Positions 28,745-37,523 of a stretch of DNA of 40,000 nucleotides are shown in pieces. The DNA lies in the NCBI GenBank assembly GCA_963841845.1, contig CAWJEG010000005.1, forward strand, positions 335,526-375,525, given 5' to 3'. Both the position numbers and the translations under genes were made by a program. Numbering within the stretch: position 1 is the first letter of the stretch; every line of letters begins with the position of its first letter. The notes under the pieces are model-generated. The model saw only the letters and a list, made by a program, of their open reading frames with translations. It searched no databases and was not told the DNA's origin. Source of the stretch: an uncultured Chloroflexia bacterium (lineage in GTDB: Bacteria > Chloroflexota > Anaerolineae > Anaerolineales > Anaerolineaceae).

Positions 28745-29422
28745 CTAACCAACTAGCAGCTTTTTCAACTCCCCAACGGTCGAAACAACATAATCAGGCT
28801 GGACTGGAAAGCCGGAAGCATCCTTTACCCCGCCCCAGGTGACCAGGATCGAAGTGCAGCCAGCCGAAAATGCCGCTGCAATATCATTGGCTGAATCCCC
28901 AATATAAATAGTTTGTTCAGGGGAATAATTCAATTTTTCCAGTGCAAAAAATACCGGTTCCGGGTCTGGTTTACCTTTTACAGTATCATCAGGATTAACA
29001 AATACATCCATGGTCTTTTCGAGTTCAAGGGCAAGCGGTACTGTCCTGGTTGTTTTTCTGTTCCTCCCAGTAATCACGCCCAGGGCACAGCCGCGCTGCC
29101 GCAATGCCTGAAGCAGCTCCGGGATACCCTCAAAATAAGGGATTTCTCCGGTGTACTCCTCCGTACAGCGCGTCCACTCGTCCATGAGCCCGGGTATCTT
29201 TTCTTCCGGAAATCCAAGTTTCACAAAAACATCATGTTCGCTTCTGCCAAACAGCTCGCCATAGACGTCCCCTTCGGGCGGCTGGTAGCCGCTGTGTATA
29301 AGGGCTGATATCAATGTATCTCTAACCGATCCAAAACTTTCAATCAGTGTACCGTCCAGGTCAAACAATATAGCTTTTGGTCCCTGGCACAGTCCTGCAG
29401 CATTTTGTACGCACATGTCCAT
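28745..29422 (-). CDS. HAD-superfamily hydrolase, subfamily IA, paralogue 4
   Basis: LFDLDGTLIES, GVITGR, KPDPEP, IGDSANDIAAA, and the C-terminus VTWGGVKDASGFPVQPDYVVSTVGELKKLLVG. Confidence 0.85.
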   Translation of the reverse strand: MDMCVQNAAGLCQGPKAILFDLDGTLIESFGSVRDTLISALIHSGYQPPEGDVYGELFGRSEHDVFVKLGFPEEKIPGLMDEWTRCTEEYTGEIPYFEGIPELLQALRQRGCALGVITGRNRKTTRTVPLALELEKTMDVFVNPDDTVKGKPDPEPVFFALEKLNYSPEQTIYIGDSANDIAAAFSAGCTSILVTWGGVKDASGFPVQPDYVVSTVGELKKLLVG

Positions 29423-29450
29423 ATATTTACCATCTCACCAAAAAGAAGAT

Positions 29451-30122
29451 TCACAAATTAGCACCAAGCAAGAGCTGGTCAAGTGCCTTCGGAGAAGTGA
29501 CGACATGGTGAGGTTTGTAGGGAAAACCGGTATCATCAGGAGACACACCCCAGGTGACCAGGATCGCCTGGCATCCAGCCCGATGGGCACATTCCATATC
29601 ATTGGGCGAATCGCCCACGTAGAATGCCCGGGCAGGCGATACTCCCAGCTGCTCCAGGGCATATAATATTGGGCGCGGATCGGGTTTTGCCTCAGGGATA
29701 TCCCCTTCAAGTACAATCACATCCACCATTTCGGCAACCTGGATTCCAATAGCAAGATCCTTAAAGTGCTTCCGGGTTCGGCCTGTGACAATTCCGACCG
29801 GGCAGCCATGCTTTTTTATTTTTAAAATCAAATCCTGCATTCCGTCAAATAAGGTGAGTTCACCTGCATGCAGATTCGTCTGGTTAGCCCATTCACTCCT
29901 GACTTCCTCCAGGAAATCACCCTCGAGGCCCATGGAATGGAGAATTTCTGTTTCCCCCCTGGTAAATAATCCGCTTAGCTCTAGTCCAGATGGCGGTTCT
30001 ATTCCAAAACTGTCTAATGCACCTTTTAGATTGCGGGTGGCAACAGCCAGGCTGTTGAGGATTGTGCCGTCCAGGTCAAATAAAACGACATTACCCGCCA
30101 CGCAAAGTTGTTGTTCCTTCAA
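29451..30122 (-). CDS. HAD-superfamily hydrolase, subfamily IA, paralogue 5
   Basis: LFDLDGTILNS, GIVTGR, KPDPRP, VGDSPNDMECA. The start is TTG at 30122, or possibly GTG at 30101. Confidence 0.82.
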   Translation of the reverse strand: MKEQQLCVAGNVVLFDLDGTILNSLAVATRNLKGALDSFGIEPPSGLELSGLFTRGETEILHSMGLEGDFLEEVRSEWANQTNLHAGELTLFDGMQDLILKIKKHGCPVGIVTGRTRKHFKDLAIGIQVAEMVDVIVLEGDIPEAKPDPRPILYALEQLGVSPARAFYVGDSPNDMECAHRAGCQAILVTWGVSPDDTGFPYKPHHVVTSPKALDQLLLGANL

Positions 30123-30240
30123 TTATTGTTTAACCCCACCCTTCAAATTTTGAGTATAAAATTCTTGCCCATTATACGTCAGGATAGGTAGGCAATAGTC
30201 ATCTGTTTTATATTTTTGTAATATTTTTAGAAGGATTTTT

Positions 30241-30843
30241 TTACTTCGATGAATCCTCTGCTGCCATTTTGGCAATGATTCCTCCCGGGTGTCCATTCAC
30301 AAAGTGATCAAGGGAGGTTCCTTTAAGTTCCAGCACTCCAAAAACCATCGTATCACACATCGCATCCATTGCCAGGGAGCTTCCCACTGCCATCAAACCA
30401 CCATACGGATCTACCTCGGGCGGGGTCTCTAAATGGATGATAATCTTGCTCAACTTACCAATCGATGATTCCGGCCTGGCAGTAAGCGTAATGATTGCAG
30501 CACCCCGTTTGGATACAATTTCAGCAAGTTTACAGGTTTCCGTGGTTTCTCCTGTCTTGGAAAGCAGTACAACAACATCATCCTCTTTTATAGCACCGGA
30601 ACTTCCATGAAGGCCGTCTCCGGCATGCAGGAAAAGGGCCGGGCAGCCCACATTGCACAGCAAATGAGCAAACCGCCTTGCTACAATCCCGGTTGTCCCT
30701 ACCCCGGAGACAATCACATGACCTCTACAATTTGCAAGCAAATGAACAGCTTGTTCCAGCGATCCGTCCAGTTGCCCGGCAAGCTGCTCCAGCATCCTGG
30801 CCTCTGAGAGTAGAACTTTTTTTCCGATTTCAATAATATTCAT
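30241..30843 (-). CDS. SIS-domain sugar-phosphate isomerase (KpsF/GutQ-type SIS domain without CBS domains)
   Basis: HVIVSGVGTTGIVARRFAHLL, LHAGDGLHGSSGAI, LLSKTGETTE and the C-terminal HPGGIIAK resemble the arabinose-5-phosphate isomerase SIS domain. The ATG at 30843 is preceded by GGAGGG. Confidence 0.8.
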   Translation of the reverse strand: MNIIEIGKKVLLSEARMLEQLAGQLDGSLEQAVHLLANCRGHVIVSGVGTTGIVARRFAHLLCNVGCPALFLHAGDGLHGSSGAIKEDDVVVLLSKTGETTETCKLAEIVSKRGAAIITLTARPESSIGKLSKIIIHLETPPEVDPYGGLMAVGSSLAMDAMCDTMVFGVLELKGTSLDHFVNGHPGGIIAKMAAEDSSK

Positions 30844-30866
30844 CAACCATTCCCTCCATAATTGGA

Positions 30867-31144
30867 TCAGTCCTTCTTAATTGTTAAGGTCGCCCAGGTT
30901 CCACTTAATGCGGATGCCGTACTCAACCAGGGAACCCGGTATTCCAATTTATTGGCGTAATCAGCAATCTCTCGAAGGTAGCTCCACACCTTTTTGAACC
31001 CCTCCATATAGAGGTCCATGATCCTGCAGTTGTTGAAAATGTCAGGTTGCGGCCCCCCCTTCCTATACAACGCGTTTTCTCCAGGCCATCCAATGTATTC
31101 GGGTAATCCTCCACCTCATAATCAATTTGGTTTACCCCGGGCAA
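30867..31144 (-). pseudogene. Degraded or unassigned coding remnant at the head of the SIS-HAD operon
   Basis: Protein-like segments lie in three different frames: ..LPGVNQIDYEVEDY.. in one, ..LPEYIGWPGENALYRKGGPQPDIFNNCRIMDLYMEGFKKVWSYLREIADYANK.. in another, and ..IGIPGSLVEYGIRIKWNLGDLNN* in the third. There is no ATG/SD-supported start. A C7 homopolymer sits at 31053-31059, and upstream of ~31160 every frame is closed. I recognise no family. Confidence 0.3.
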
Positions 31145-31264
31145 AGTGCCAAGAATACCACACGTTTAGCGGAAAATCTCAGGGATACATGAATTTAAAA
31201 TGTAAATCAAAACGACATTTTCTCAATTAATCATATCACAAGGGGAATTTATCACTTCTACCCA

Positions 31265-31293
31265 TTGACAAATGCTTTCAGTATCTCTATAAT
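31265..31293 (+). promoter_or_regulatory. Consensus sigma70-type promoter for deoR-E1-E2
   Basis: Perfect TTGACA (31265-31270), a 17-nt spacer, then perfect TATAAT (31288-31293). It lies 46 nt upstream of the deoR ATG at 31340. Confidence 0.65.
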
Positions 31294-31339
31294 GAAAGTA
31301 ATCGTAAGTATTCATAACCAATCATAAATTCCCTAAAAC

Positions 31340-32107
31340 ATGACTATTTTTCTGGAAGAGCGCCGAAAAGACATATTAACCTGGATCCTGGATCACGGCC
31401 GTGTTTCTGTCAGTGAGCTTAGCGAACACTATGGCGTCTCAGAAGTCACCATTCGTGCCGATCTGCAGGCCCTCGAAAACCAGGAACTGATCCTGCGAAC
31501 ACATGGCGGTGCTATCCCCAACCAGCCAGAACTATCGGATATTGCCCTCAATAAGCGGATTGAAAAAGAGGTTGAAGAAAAATCCCGCATTGGAGAAGCA
31601 GCCGCTCTTAGGATTTCAAATGGAGAAACCATCTTTCTGGACAGCAGTACGACCACCCTGGCAATTGCCCGAAAATTAACTGATTTTTCCGATTTAACGG
31701 TTATAACCAACAGCCTGGCTGTTACCCAGGAATTGATGGCATCCAATGGAATTTCCATCCTGCTGATTGGCGGACTGGTATTACGCGATGATGCCTCCAC
31801 CTACGGATGGCCGGGTTTGGATATCCTGCAAAATATCACCATCCAGAAGGGATTTTTTGGTGCCCATGGCATCGATATCGATCACGGCCTGACCGACCTC
31901 AGCCCAGCCGTGGCAGATGTAAAAAAAGGCGTCCTTACAAAATGCCAGGAAGTGATTGCAGTTTTAGATGCCACCAAATGGGGAAAAATAGGCCTTGCAT
32001 CATTTGCCGGTTTGAATGAGATTAGAACTATTATCACCGGTCAGGCAGCCCCAGCCCATTTATTAAAACAAGTAACCGACAAAGGGGTTCAAATTTTCTT
32101 AGTTTAA
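31340..32107 (+). CDS. DeoR-family transcriptional regulator
   Basis: N-terminal HTH (RRKDILTWILDHGRVSVSELSEHYGVSEVTIRADLQALE) plus a C-terminal DeoR sugar-phosphate sensor domain (IFLDSSTTTLAIARKL, VITNS). Confidence 0.9.
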   Translation: MTIFLEERRKDILTWILDHGRVSVSELSEHYGVSEVTIRADLQALENQELILRTHGGAIPNQPELSDIALNKRIEKEVEEKSRIGEAAALRISNGETIFLDSSTTTLAIARKLTDFSDLTVITNSLAVTQELMASNGISILLIGGLVLRDDASTYGWPGLDILQNITIQKGFFGAHGIDIDHGLTDLSPAVADVKKGVLTKCQEVIAVLDATKWGKIGLASFAGLNEIRTIITGQAAPAHLLKQVTDKGVQIFLV

Positions 32108-32132
32108 TCATCTTATAAAAAGGATAGGTAGA

Positions 32133-34220
32133 ATGGAACAGAAGAATCGTTATTCAATAGAACAAATCACAGCCCTGATAGAGGAACAGGAATTAACCCG
32201 CGAACAGGTCCTCACTGGTATGCGCCAGATGATGGAAATCCGTGCTTTGGAAAATCATATCGGCCGGCTGCTTGGCACAGGCAGCCTGAAAGGTGCATCC
32301 CATCTTTACGCCGGCCAGGAAGCTGTCGCAGTAGGCGCCATCTCTGCCATCCGCGAAAATGATTTGATCACCAGCACCCATCGCGGCCATGGCCACTGCC
32401 ATGCCCATGGTGATAAAGCAGCTCACACACCAGAAGAAAAACAGGAACATTACAACCGCATGCTGGCCGAGGTTGTTGGGAAAGCCGGCGGGTACTGCAA
32501 GGGTAAAGGCGGTTCGATGCATATAGCCGATGTAGTCCATGGCAACCTGGGCGCTACTGGCATCGTTTCTGGCAATATCCCGGTCGCTACCGGCGCTGCC
32601 CTTGCCCAAAAAATCAACAAAACAGACAAGGTTGTTTTATGTTTCTTTGGCGATGGCGCCGTCGCCCATGGAAACTTCCACGAGTCTTTAACTTGCGCCA
32701 GTATGATGGACCTGCCGGTGGTTTATATCATAGAGAATAATCAGTATGCCATGTCATTGCCCTGGAAAAAAGCATCCAGGCTCCCCAATGCTGCAGATAA
32801 AGCCTGTGCATACGGTATCCCGGGCGTGGTTGTGGATGGGATGAATTTCCTCGAAGTTTATGCAGCCGTAAAACAGGCAGTAGAGCGTGCTCGTCGTGGT
32901 GAAGGTCCAACCCTGATTGAAGCAAAAACCTACCGCTACACCGGACATTCCCATTCTGATCCACACGCTTACCGCACCCGCGAAGAAGAAGCAGCCTGGA
33001 AAGAGCGTGATTCCATTGAATTGTTAAAATCCCAGTTATTGGATCTCAAATGGGCTACCGGGCAAGAATTGGATCAGATGGAAACCGAGGTTAACAATAA
33101 ATTAAAGGGCGCCCAGCAGTTCAGCGATGCGTCCCCGGAACCCACCCTGGACCAGCTCTACGCCGATGTTTACGCCCCTGAAAAATGGACGGAAAGGGAC
33201 TATCAAAGAGATGTTGAGCTCCGCGCAATAATAAAATCAGATAAAAATGTACGCCAGTTGACCTATGCCCAGGCCATCCAGGAAGCCTGCCGGGAAGAAA
33301 TGAACCAAAATCCCGGCGTATTTCTTCTAGGTGAAGATATCGGTTTGTATGGGGGGGCCTATGGCGCTACTCGCGGACTTCAGGAGGAGTTCGGTGAGCG
33401 CGTTATTGATACTCCTATTGCCGAATCCGCCATAGGCGGCATGGCAGTAGGCGCTGCCATGAGCGGGACCCGGCCAGTCTGTGAAATCATGTATGTTGAC
33501 TTTACCCCCATCGCTATGGATCAGATCGCCAATCAGGGAGCCAAAAATCGTTACATGTTTGGGGGAAAGACCTCTGTTCCCATGGTATGCCGTACGAATG
33601 GCGGGGCGGGCAGGTCATTTGCAGCCCACCACTCACAGTCACTTGAGGCTTTATGGACCCATTTCCCTGGCATTTATGTAGTCATGCCAGCCACCCCATA
33701 TGACCTGAAAGGCCTGCTAAAAGCTGCCATCCGCGATGATAATCCGGTTATGTTCATTGAACATAAAATGCTCTACAAAGAAAGTGGTCCCGTACCCGAA
33801 GAGGATTACATCATCCCCTTTGGTGTTGCTGATATCAAACGTGAAGGAAAAGATGTAACCATTGTTACCTATTCCCGTATGGTTTTCCGTTCGCTGGAAG
33901 CTGCCGAACTCCTCGCCAAGGAAGGAATTGACGTTGAAGTAATTGATCTGCGCACCTTAAATCCCCTCGATCTCAATACCATCATCAATTCAGTAAAGAA
34001 AACCGGGCGCCTGGTCGGTGTTACAGAGGCTTATGAGAATACAAGCTTCATCAATGAAGTTATGGCACAGGTAAATGATCATGCTTTTGATTGGTTGGAT
34101 GCACCAATGATACGTGTTGCTGCTGCCAACGTTCCTGTTCCCAGGGCAGAAGTTTTGGAAGATGCCACAATTCCAAATGTTAAAAGTATTGCAGATGCTT
34201 GTCGAAAGGCGGTGAGTTAA
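32133..34220 (+). CDS. Fused E1 alpha+beta component of a TPP-dependent 2-oxoacid/acetoin dehydrogenase complex
   Basis: The N-terminal half is E1-alpha (YAGQEAVAVG, GKGGSMHIAD, TPP motif GDGAVAHGNFHESL..VVYIIENNQYAM). The C-terminal half is E1-beta (LGEDIGLYGGAYGATRGL, DTPIAESAIGGMAVGAA, VIDLRTLNPLD). It is a single 695-aa ORF. Confidence 0.9.
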   Translation: MEQKNRYSIEQITALIEEQELTREQVLTGMRQMMEIRALENHIGRLLGTGSLKGASHLYAGQEAVAVGAISAIRENDLITSTHRGHGHCHAHGDKAAHTPEEKQEHYNRMLAEVVGKAGGYCKGKGGSMHIADVVHGNLGATGIVSGNIPVATGAALAQKINKTDKVVLCFFGDGAVAHGNFHESLTCASMMDLPVVYIIENNQYAMSLPWKKASRLPNAADKACAYGIPGVVVDGMNFLEVYAAVKQAVERARRGEGPTLIEAKTYRYTGHSHSDPHAYRTREEEAAWKERDSIELLKSQLLDLKWATGQELDQMETEVNNKLKGAQQFSDASPEPTLDQLYADVYAPEKWTERDYQRDVELRAIIKSDKNVRQLTYAQAIQEACREEMNQNPGVFLLGEDIGLYGGAYGATRGLQEEFGERVIDTPIAESAIGGMAVGAAMSGTRPVCEIMYVDFTPIAMDQIANQGAKNRYMFGGKTSVPMVCRTNGGAGRSFAAHHSQSLEALWTHFPGIYVVMPATPYDLKGLLKAAIRDDNPVMFIEHKMLYKESGPVPEEDYIIPFGVADIKREGKDVTIVTYSRMVFRSLEAAELLAKEGIDVEVIDLRTLNPLDLNTIINSVKKTGRLVGVTEAYENTSFINEVMAQVNDHAFDWLDAPMIRVAAANVPVPRAEVLEDATIPNVKSIADACRKAVS

Positions 34221-35587
34221 TGGCAGAAGAATTATTCATCCCGAAATTGGGACAAACCGTAGATGAGGTTACCCTCATTCACTGGCTCGTTCAGGATGGT
34301 GTCAAGGTTAAATCCGGGCAGGAGGTACTGGAAGTCGAAACAGACAAGGCTATTTTTCCGGTCGAAACCTATAGCAACGGATATATTCACTTCGGACCCT
34401 ATAAAGAGGGCGATGTCCTACCGGTGATGACCGTGGCGGCTGTCATTGGAACCCAAAACGAGTCCTTTGAAGATTACATGAAAGGGAAAGGGGAACAACA
34501 GGCTGCGGTGCAACAACCTGACCAGGGGCTTCCATCCGTGGTATCAGATCCAATGGAATCTTTACAAATAACCACTGCGCCAGATGCCGTAGGACGGGTA
34601 TTTGCTTCACCACGCGCACGGAAAGCTGCCATGGAAAAGAATGCAGATCTGGGAAGAATTACTCCTACCGGTTGGGGAGGCCAGAGGGTTGCCCTCCGGG
34701 ATGTTGTTGCATACCTTGAGAAATCCCCAAAAGCTACTCCCCTCGCATCCCGTATGGCGGCGGCTGCAGGCATTGATTTAGACTCTGTTACAGGCAGCGG
34801 TCCATCCGGAAAAATCACCAAGGAGGATGTCCAACAACAGCTGCAGCAGCCAAAAACCAGCATGCTTGTAGAACCTGGGATAACTCCCGAAGTTACCAAC
34901 CGTGTTCCTCTCAAGGGTGTCCGCGCAATCATCGCTGAACGTATGTCCGCCAGTTTACACACTGCCGCCCAGGTAACCCTTACAACAGAAGTGGATATGA
35001 CCGAAATTGTGAAGATACGGAAAAAGCTTGACTCCGCAGTATCCGAGGAATGGGGTTTTACGCCAGGCTACAATGATCTGCTGGCCATCATTGTTGCCCG
35101 TTCCCTGGAGGCTTTTCCCTACATGAATGCACGCCTAAACCTGGCGGAGGGTGTAATAGAACACCTTTCTACTGTGAATATGGGTATGGCGGTGGATACG
35201 GACCGCGGCTTATTGGTGCCGGTTATCCGCAGCGCCAACCTTATGGGACTGCGCCAGTTCGGCAGCGCTTTTCGTGAACTTGTGGGCAGGGCTCGCAGCG
35301 GGCGTTCGTTGCCGGATGATTTGGCGGGCGGAACTTTTACCATCACCAACCTGGGAATGCACGATATTGACGCATTTACCCCTATCATCAATATGCCGGA
35401 GACTGCAATCCTGGGTGTGGGTAGAATCCAGGAGAAACCAGCCGTGCATAAAGCAAAAATTAAGCCGCGCAAAATGTGCACTCTGAGCCTTGTATTCGAT
35501 CATCGACTGGTAGACGGGGCTCCTGCAGCACGCTTCTTACAGCATATTAAGATGATCCTGGAAAATCCTTACCTGTTATTAGCGTGA
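34220..35587 (+). CDS. Dihydrolipoamide acyltransferase (E2) component
   Basis: Lipoyl domain with VLEVETDKAIFPVE, a peripheral-subunit-binding domain (ASPRARKAAMEKNADLGRITPTG), and a catalytic domain with DHRLVDGA. The ATG at 34220 overlaps the E1 stop (TAATG). Confidence 0.9.
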   Translation: MAEELFIPKLGQTVDEVTLIHWLVQDGVKVKSGQEVLEVETDKAIFPVETYSNGYIHFGPYKEGDVLPVMTVAAVIGTQNESFEDYMKGKGEQQAAVQQPDQGLPSVVSDPMESLQITTAPDAVGRVFASPRARKAAMEKNADLGRITPTGWGGQRVALRDVVAYLEKSPKATPLASRMAAAAGIDLDSVTGSGPSGKITKEDVQQQLQQPKTSMLVEPGITPEVTNRVPLKGVRAIIAERMSASLHTAAQVTLTTEVDMTEIVKIRKKLDSAVSEEWGFTPGYNDLLAIIVARSLEAFPYMNARLNLAEGVIEHLSTVNMGMAVDTDRGLLVPVIRSANLMGLRQFGSAFRELVGRARSGRSLPDDLAGGTFTITNLGMHDIDAFTPIINMPETAILGVGRIQEKPAVHKAKIKPRKMCTLSLVFDHRLVDGAPAARFLQHIKMILENPYLLLA

Positions 35588-35610
35588 AATAAAATACGAA
35601 CTTCTAATAA

Positions 35611-35647
35611 AGCCGGATTGGTTAACCCAATCCGGCTTTATTATATT
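35611..35647 (+). terminator. Intrinsic terminator after E2
   Basis: Perfect 11-bp stem AGCCGGATTGG (35611-35621) / CCAATCCGGCT (35627-35637) with a 5-nt loop, followed by TTATTATATT. Confidence 0.7.
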
Positions 35648-35913
35648 AGCTGCAGTTGCCCTTATGAAATAGTAACTCCACCTTACTGGCGGGGTTATCC
35701 TACTTAGATTTCATGTATGACCGGAAACGTGCCGGTTTCGAACGCTTTACAAAAAGTGACAGATCAATTAGCATTCGAATCCTCCGGTTTTCAAAAGTTG
35801 AATGATCAATAAGTTGACAACCAATCCGCCCAAGAATCGGACTGCCAGGAATCGGAGAGATTTTGATAGACATTTTGGTTGAAAATTGCCAAAAACATAG
35901 AGGAATATCCTAG

Positions 35914-37459
35914 ATGCAAAAATCGAGAGTAAACCTGGAAGAGATCCGGAAACAAGCCCTCATGGGCGGCGGTCAGGAAAAAATTGACAAGCAGCATGAA
36001 AAAGGCAAGCTCACTGCCCGTGAGCGGATTGACTATCTGTTGGATCCAGGCTCATTTACAGAAATAGGAAGCTATGTCACCCATCGTGCAACTGGATTGG
36101 GGATGGAAAAAAATCATCCCTGGGGTGACGGGGTCATCACCGGCATGGGCAAAATTGAAGGGCGACCCATCTATATTATTTGCACAGGACTTTACCATCC
36201 TCGGCGGTTCGGTGGGTGAAGCCCACGGACGAAAAATCGCCCGTTTGATGGATATGGCGTACCAGAATGGAGCGCCAGTTATCGGGCTGAATGATTCTGG
36301 TGGAGCGCGTATTCAGGAGGGTGTGGATGCCCTGGCAGGCTATGGTGAAATTTTTCACCGCAATGTACGTGCATCAGGGGTGATTCCTCAGCTCTCTGTT
36401 ATTCTCGGTCCCTGCGCTGGTGGAGCGGTGTATTCACCGGCTATAACAGATTTTGTCTTCATGGTTGAGCAAACTGCCCACATGTTTATCACCGGTCCGG
36501 AAGTCGTCAAGGCGGTAACTCATGAAGACGTTGATTTTGAGACGCTGGGGGGTGCCTCCATTCACAGCCATAAAACGGGTGTGGTTCACTTCACGGCCCC
36601 CGATGAAGAATCACTGCTTTCACAGGTGCGCTGGCTGCTTTCCTACCTCCCTTCCAATAATTTGTCACTCCCTCCAGTAACACAATCATCGGACAATCCT
36701 GAACGTCAGACTCCGGAGCTGGAAAAGATCATACCGGAAGATCCCCAACAACCTTATGACGTGCATTCCGTCATTGAATGCCTGGTTGATAATTATGAAT
36801 TTTTAGAGGTTCATGCAGATTATGCACCCAACCTGATTGTTGGTTTTGGGCGTATGGATGGACATCCGGTCGGGATCATTGCCAACCAGGCGGACTTCCT
36901 TGCCGGGGTTCTGGATATCAATGCATCAGACAAGGGTGCCCGGTTTATTCGTACTTGTGATGGATTTCATATCCCCCTTGTCACCCTTATTGATACTCCC
37001 GGTTTTCTTCCGGGCACAGACCAGGAACATGGCGGGGTCATTCGCCATGGGGCAAAAATGATTTATGCGTATTCGGAAGCTACAGTTCCGAAAGTTTCCC
37101 TGATCCTCCGTAAGGCGTACGGCGGGGCTTACATTGTGATGAGTTCCAAGCACCTGGGGGGCGATGTTAACTTTGCCTGGCCCAATGCTGAAATCGCAGT
37201 GATGGGACCTGAAGGAGCGGTGCAAATTGTCTTTCGTAAAGAGATCACCTCTGCCAGCCAACCCAAACAAAAACAGCAGGAGCTGACCGGGCAGTATCGC
37301 CAGGAATTTGCCAATCCCTTCATAGCCGCTTCGCGCGGTTATATTGATGACGTTATCCTGCCTGAGGAAAGCCGTTTTAAGATTATTCAAGCCTTAAATA
37401 ATTTACAAGAGAAACGATCAACAACCCCGCCGCGCAAGCATGGGAATATCCCGTTATAG
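35914..37459 (+). CDS. Acyl-CoA carboxylase carboxyltransferase subunit (PccB/AccD5-like), interrupted by a +1 frame change near 36178
   Basis: The first frame reads MQKSRVNLEEIRKQALMGGGQEKIDKQHEKGKLTARERIDYLLDPGSF..GKIEGRPIYI. The +1 frame continues FAQDFTILGGSVGEAHGRKIARLMD..DTPGFLPG..PRKHGNIPL*. It is a paralogue of 8178..9729. The span is 1546 nt (3n+1). Confidence 0.88.
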
Positions 37460-37523
37460 GTGCATCTATGTGTATTGAAATATTTCAGACTGGAATCAAA
37501 CCCATCGGATTGGAATTTAATTC

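Larger units (their letters stand above)
26591..30122 (-). repeat. Tandem array of five diverged HAD-phosphatase paralogues (protein-level repeat, ~0.7 kb period)
   Basis: Five consecutive same-strand ORFs of 220-225 aa align end to end with each other. The intergenic gaps are 28-62 nt. See the individual CDS entries. Confidence 0.85.

Noticed and set aside
35723-35793. tRNA-like element in the E2/carboxylase intergenic region. It has TTCGAAT followed by CCTCC GGTTTTC A (a T-loop plus 3' acceptor-like layout) and a 6/7 complementary GGAAACG 71 nt upstream.
   Set aside because: I tried to fold it by hand. The T-stem 5' strand (TTAGC/TAGCA) does not pair with CCTCC, and no D-stem or anticodon stem forms. 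A 9-mer T-loop match is expected by chance at about this window size. It is not a tRNA, and calling it a tRNA remnant or att scar is unsupported.
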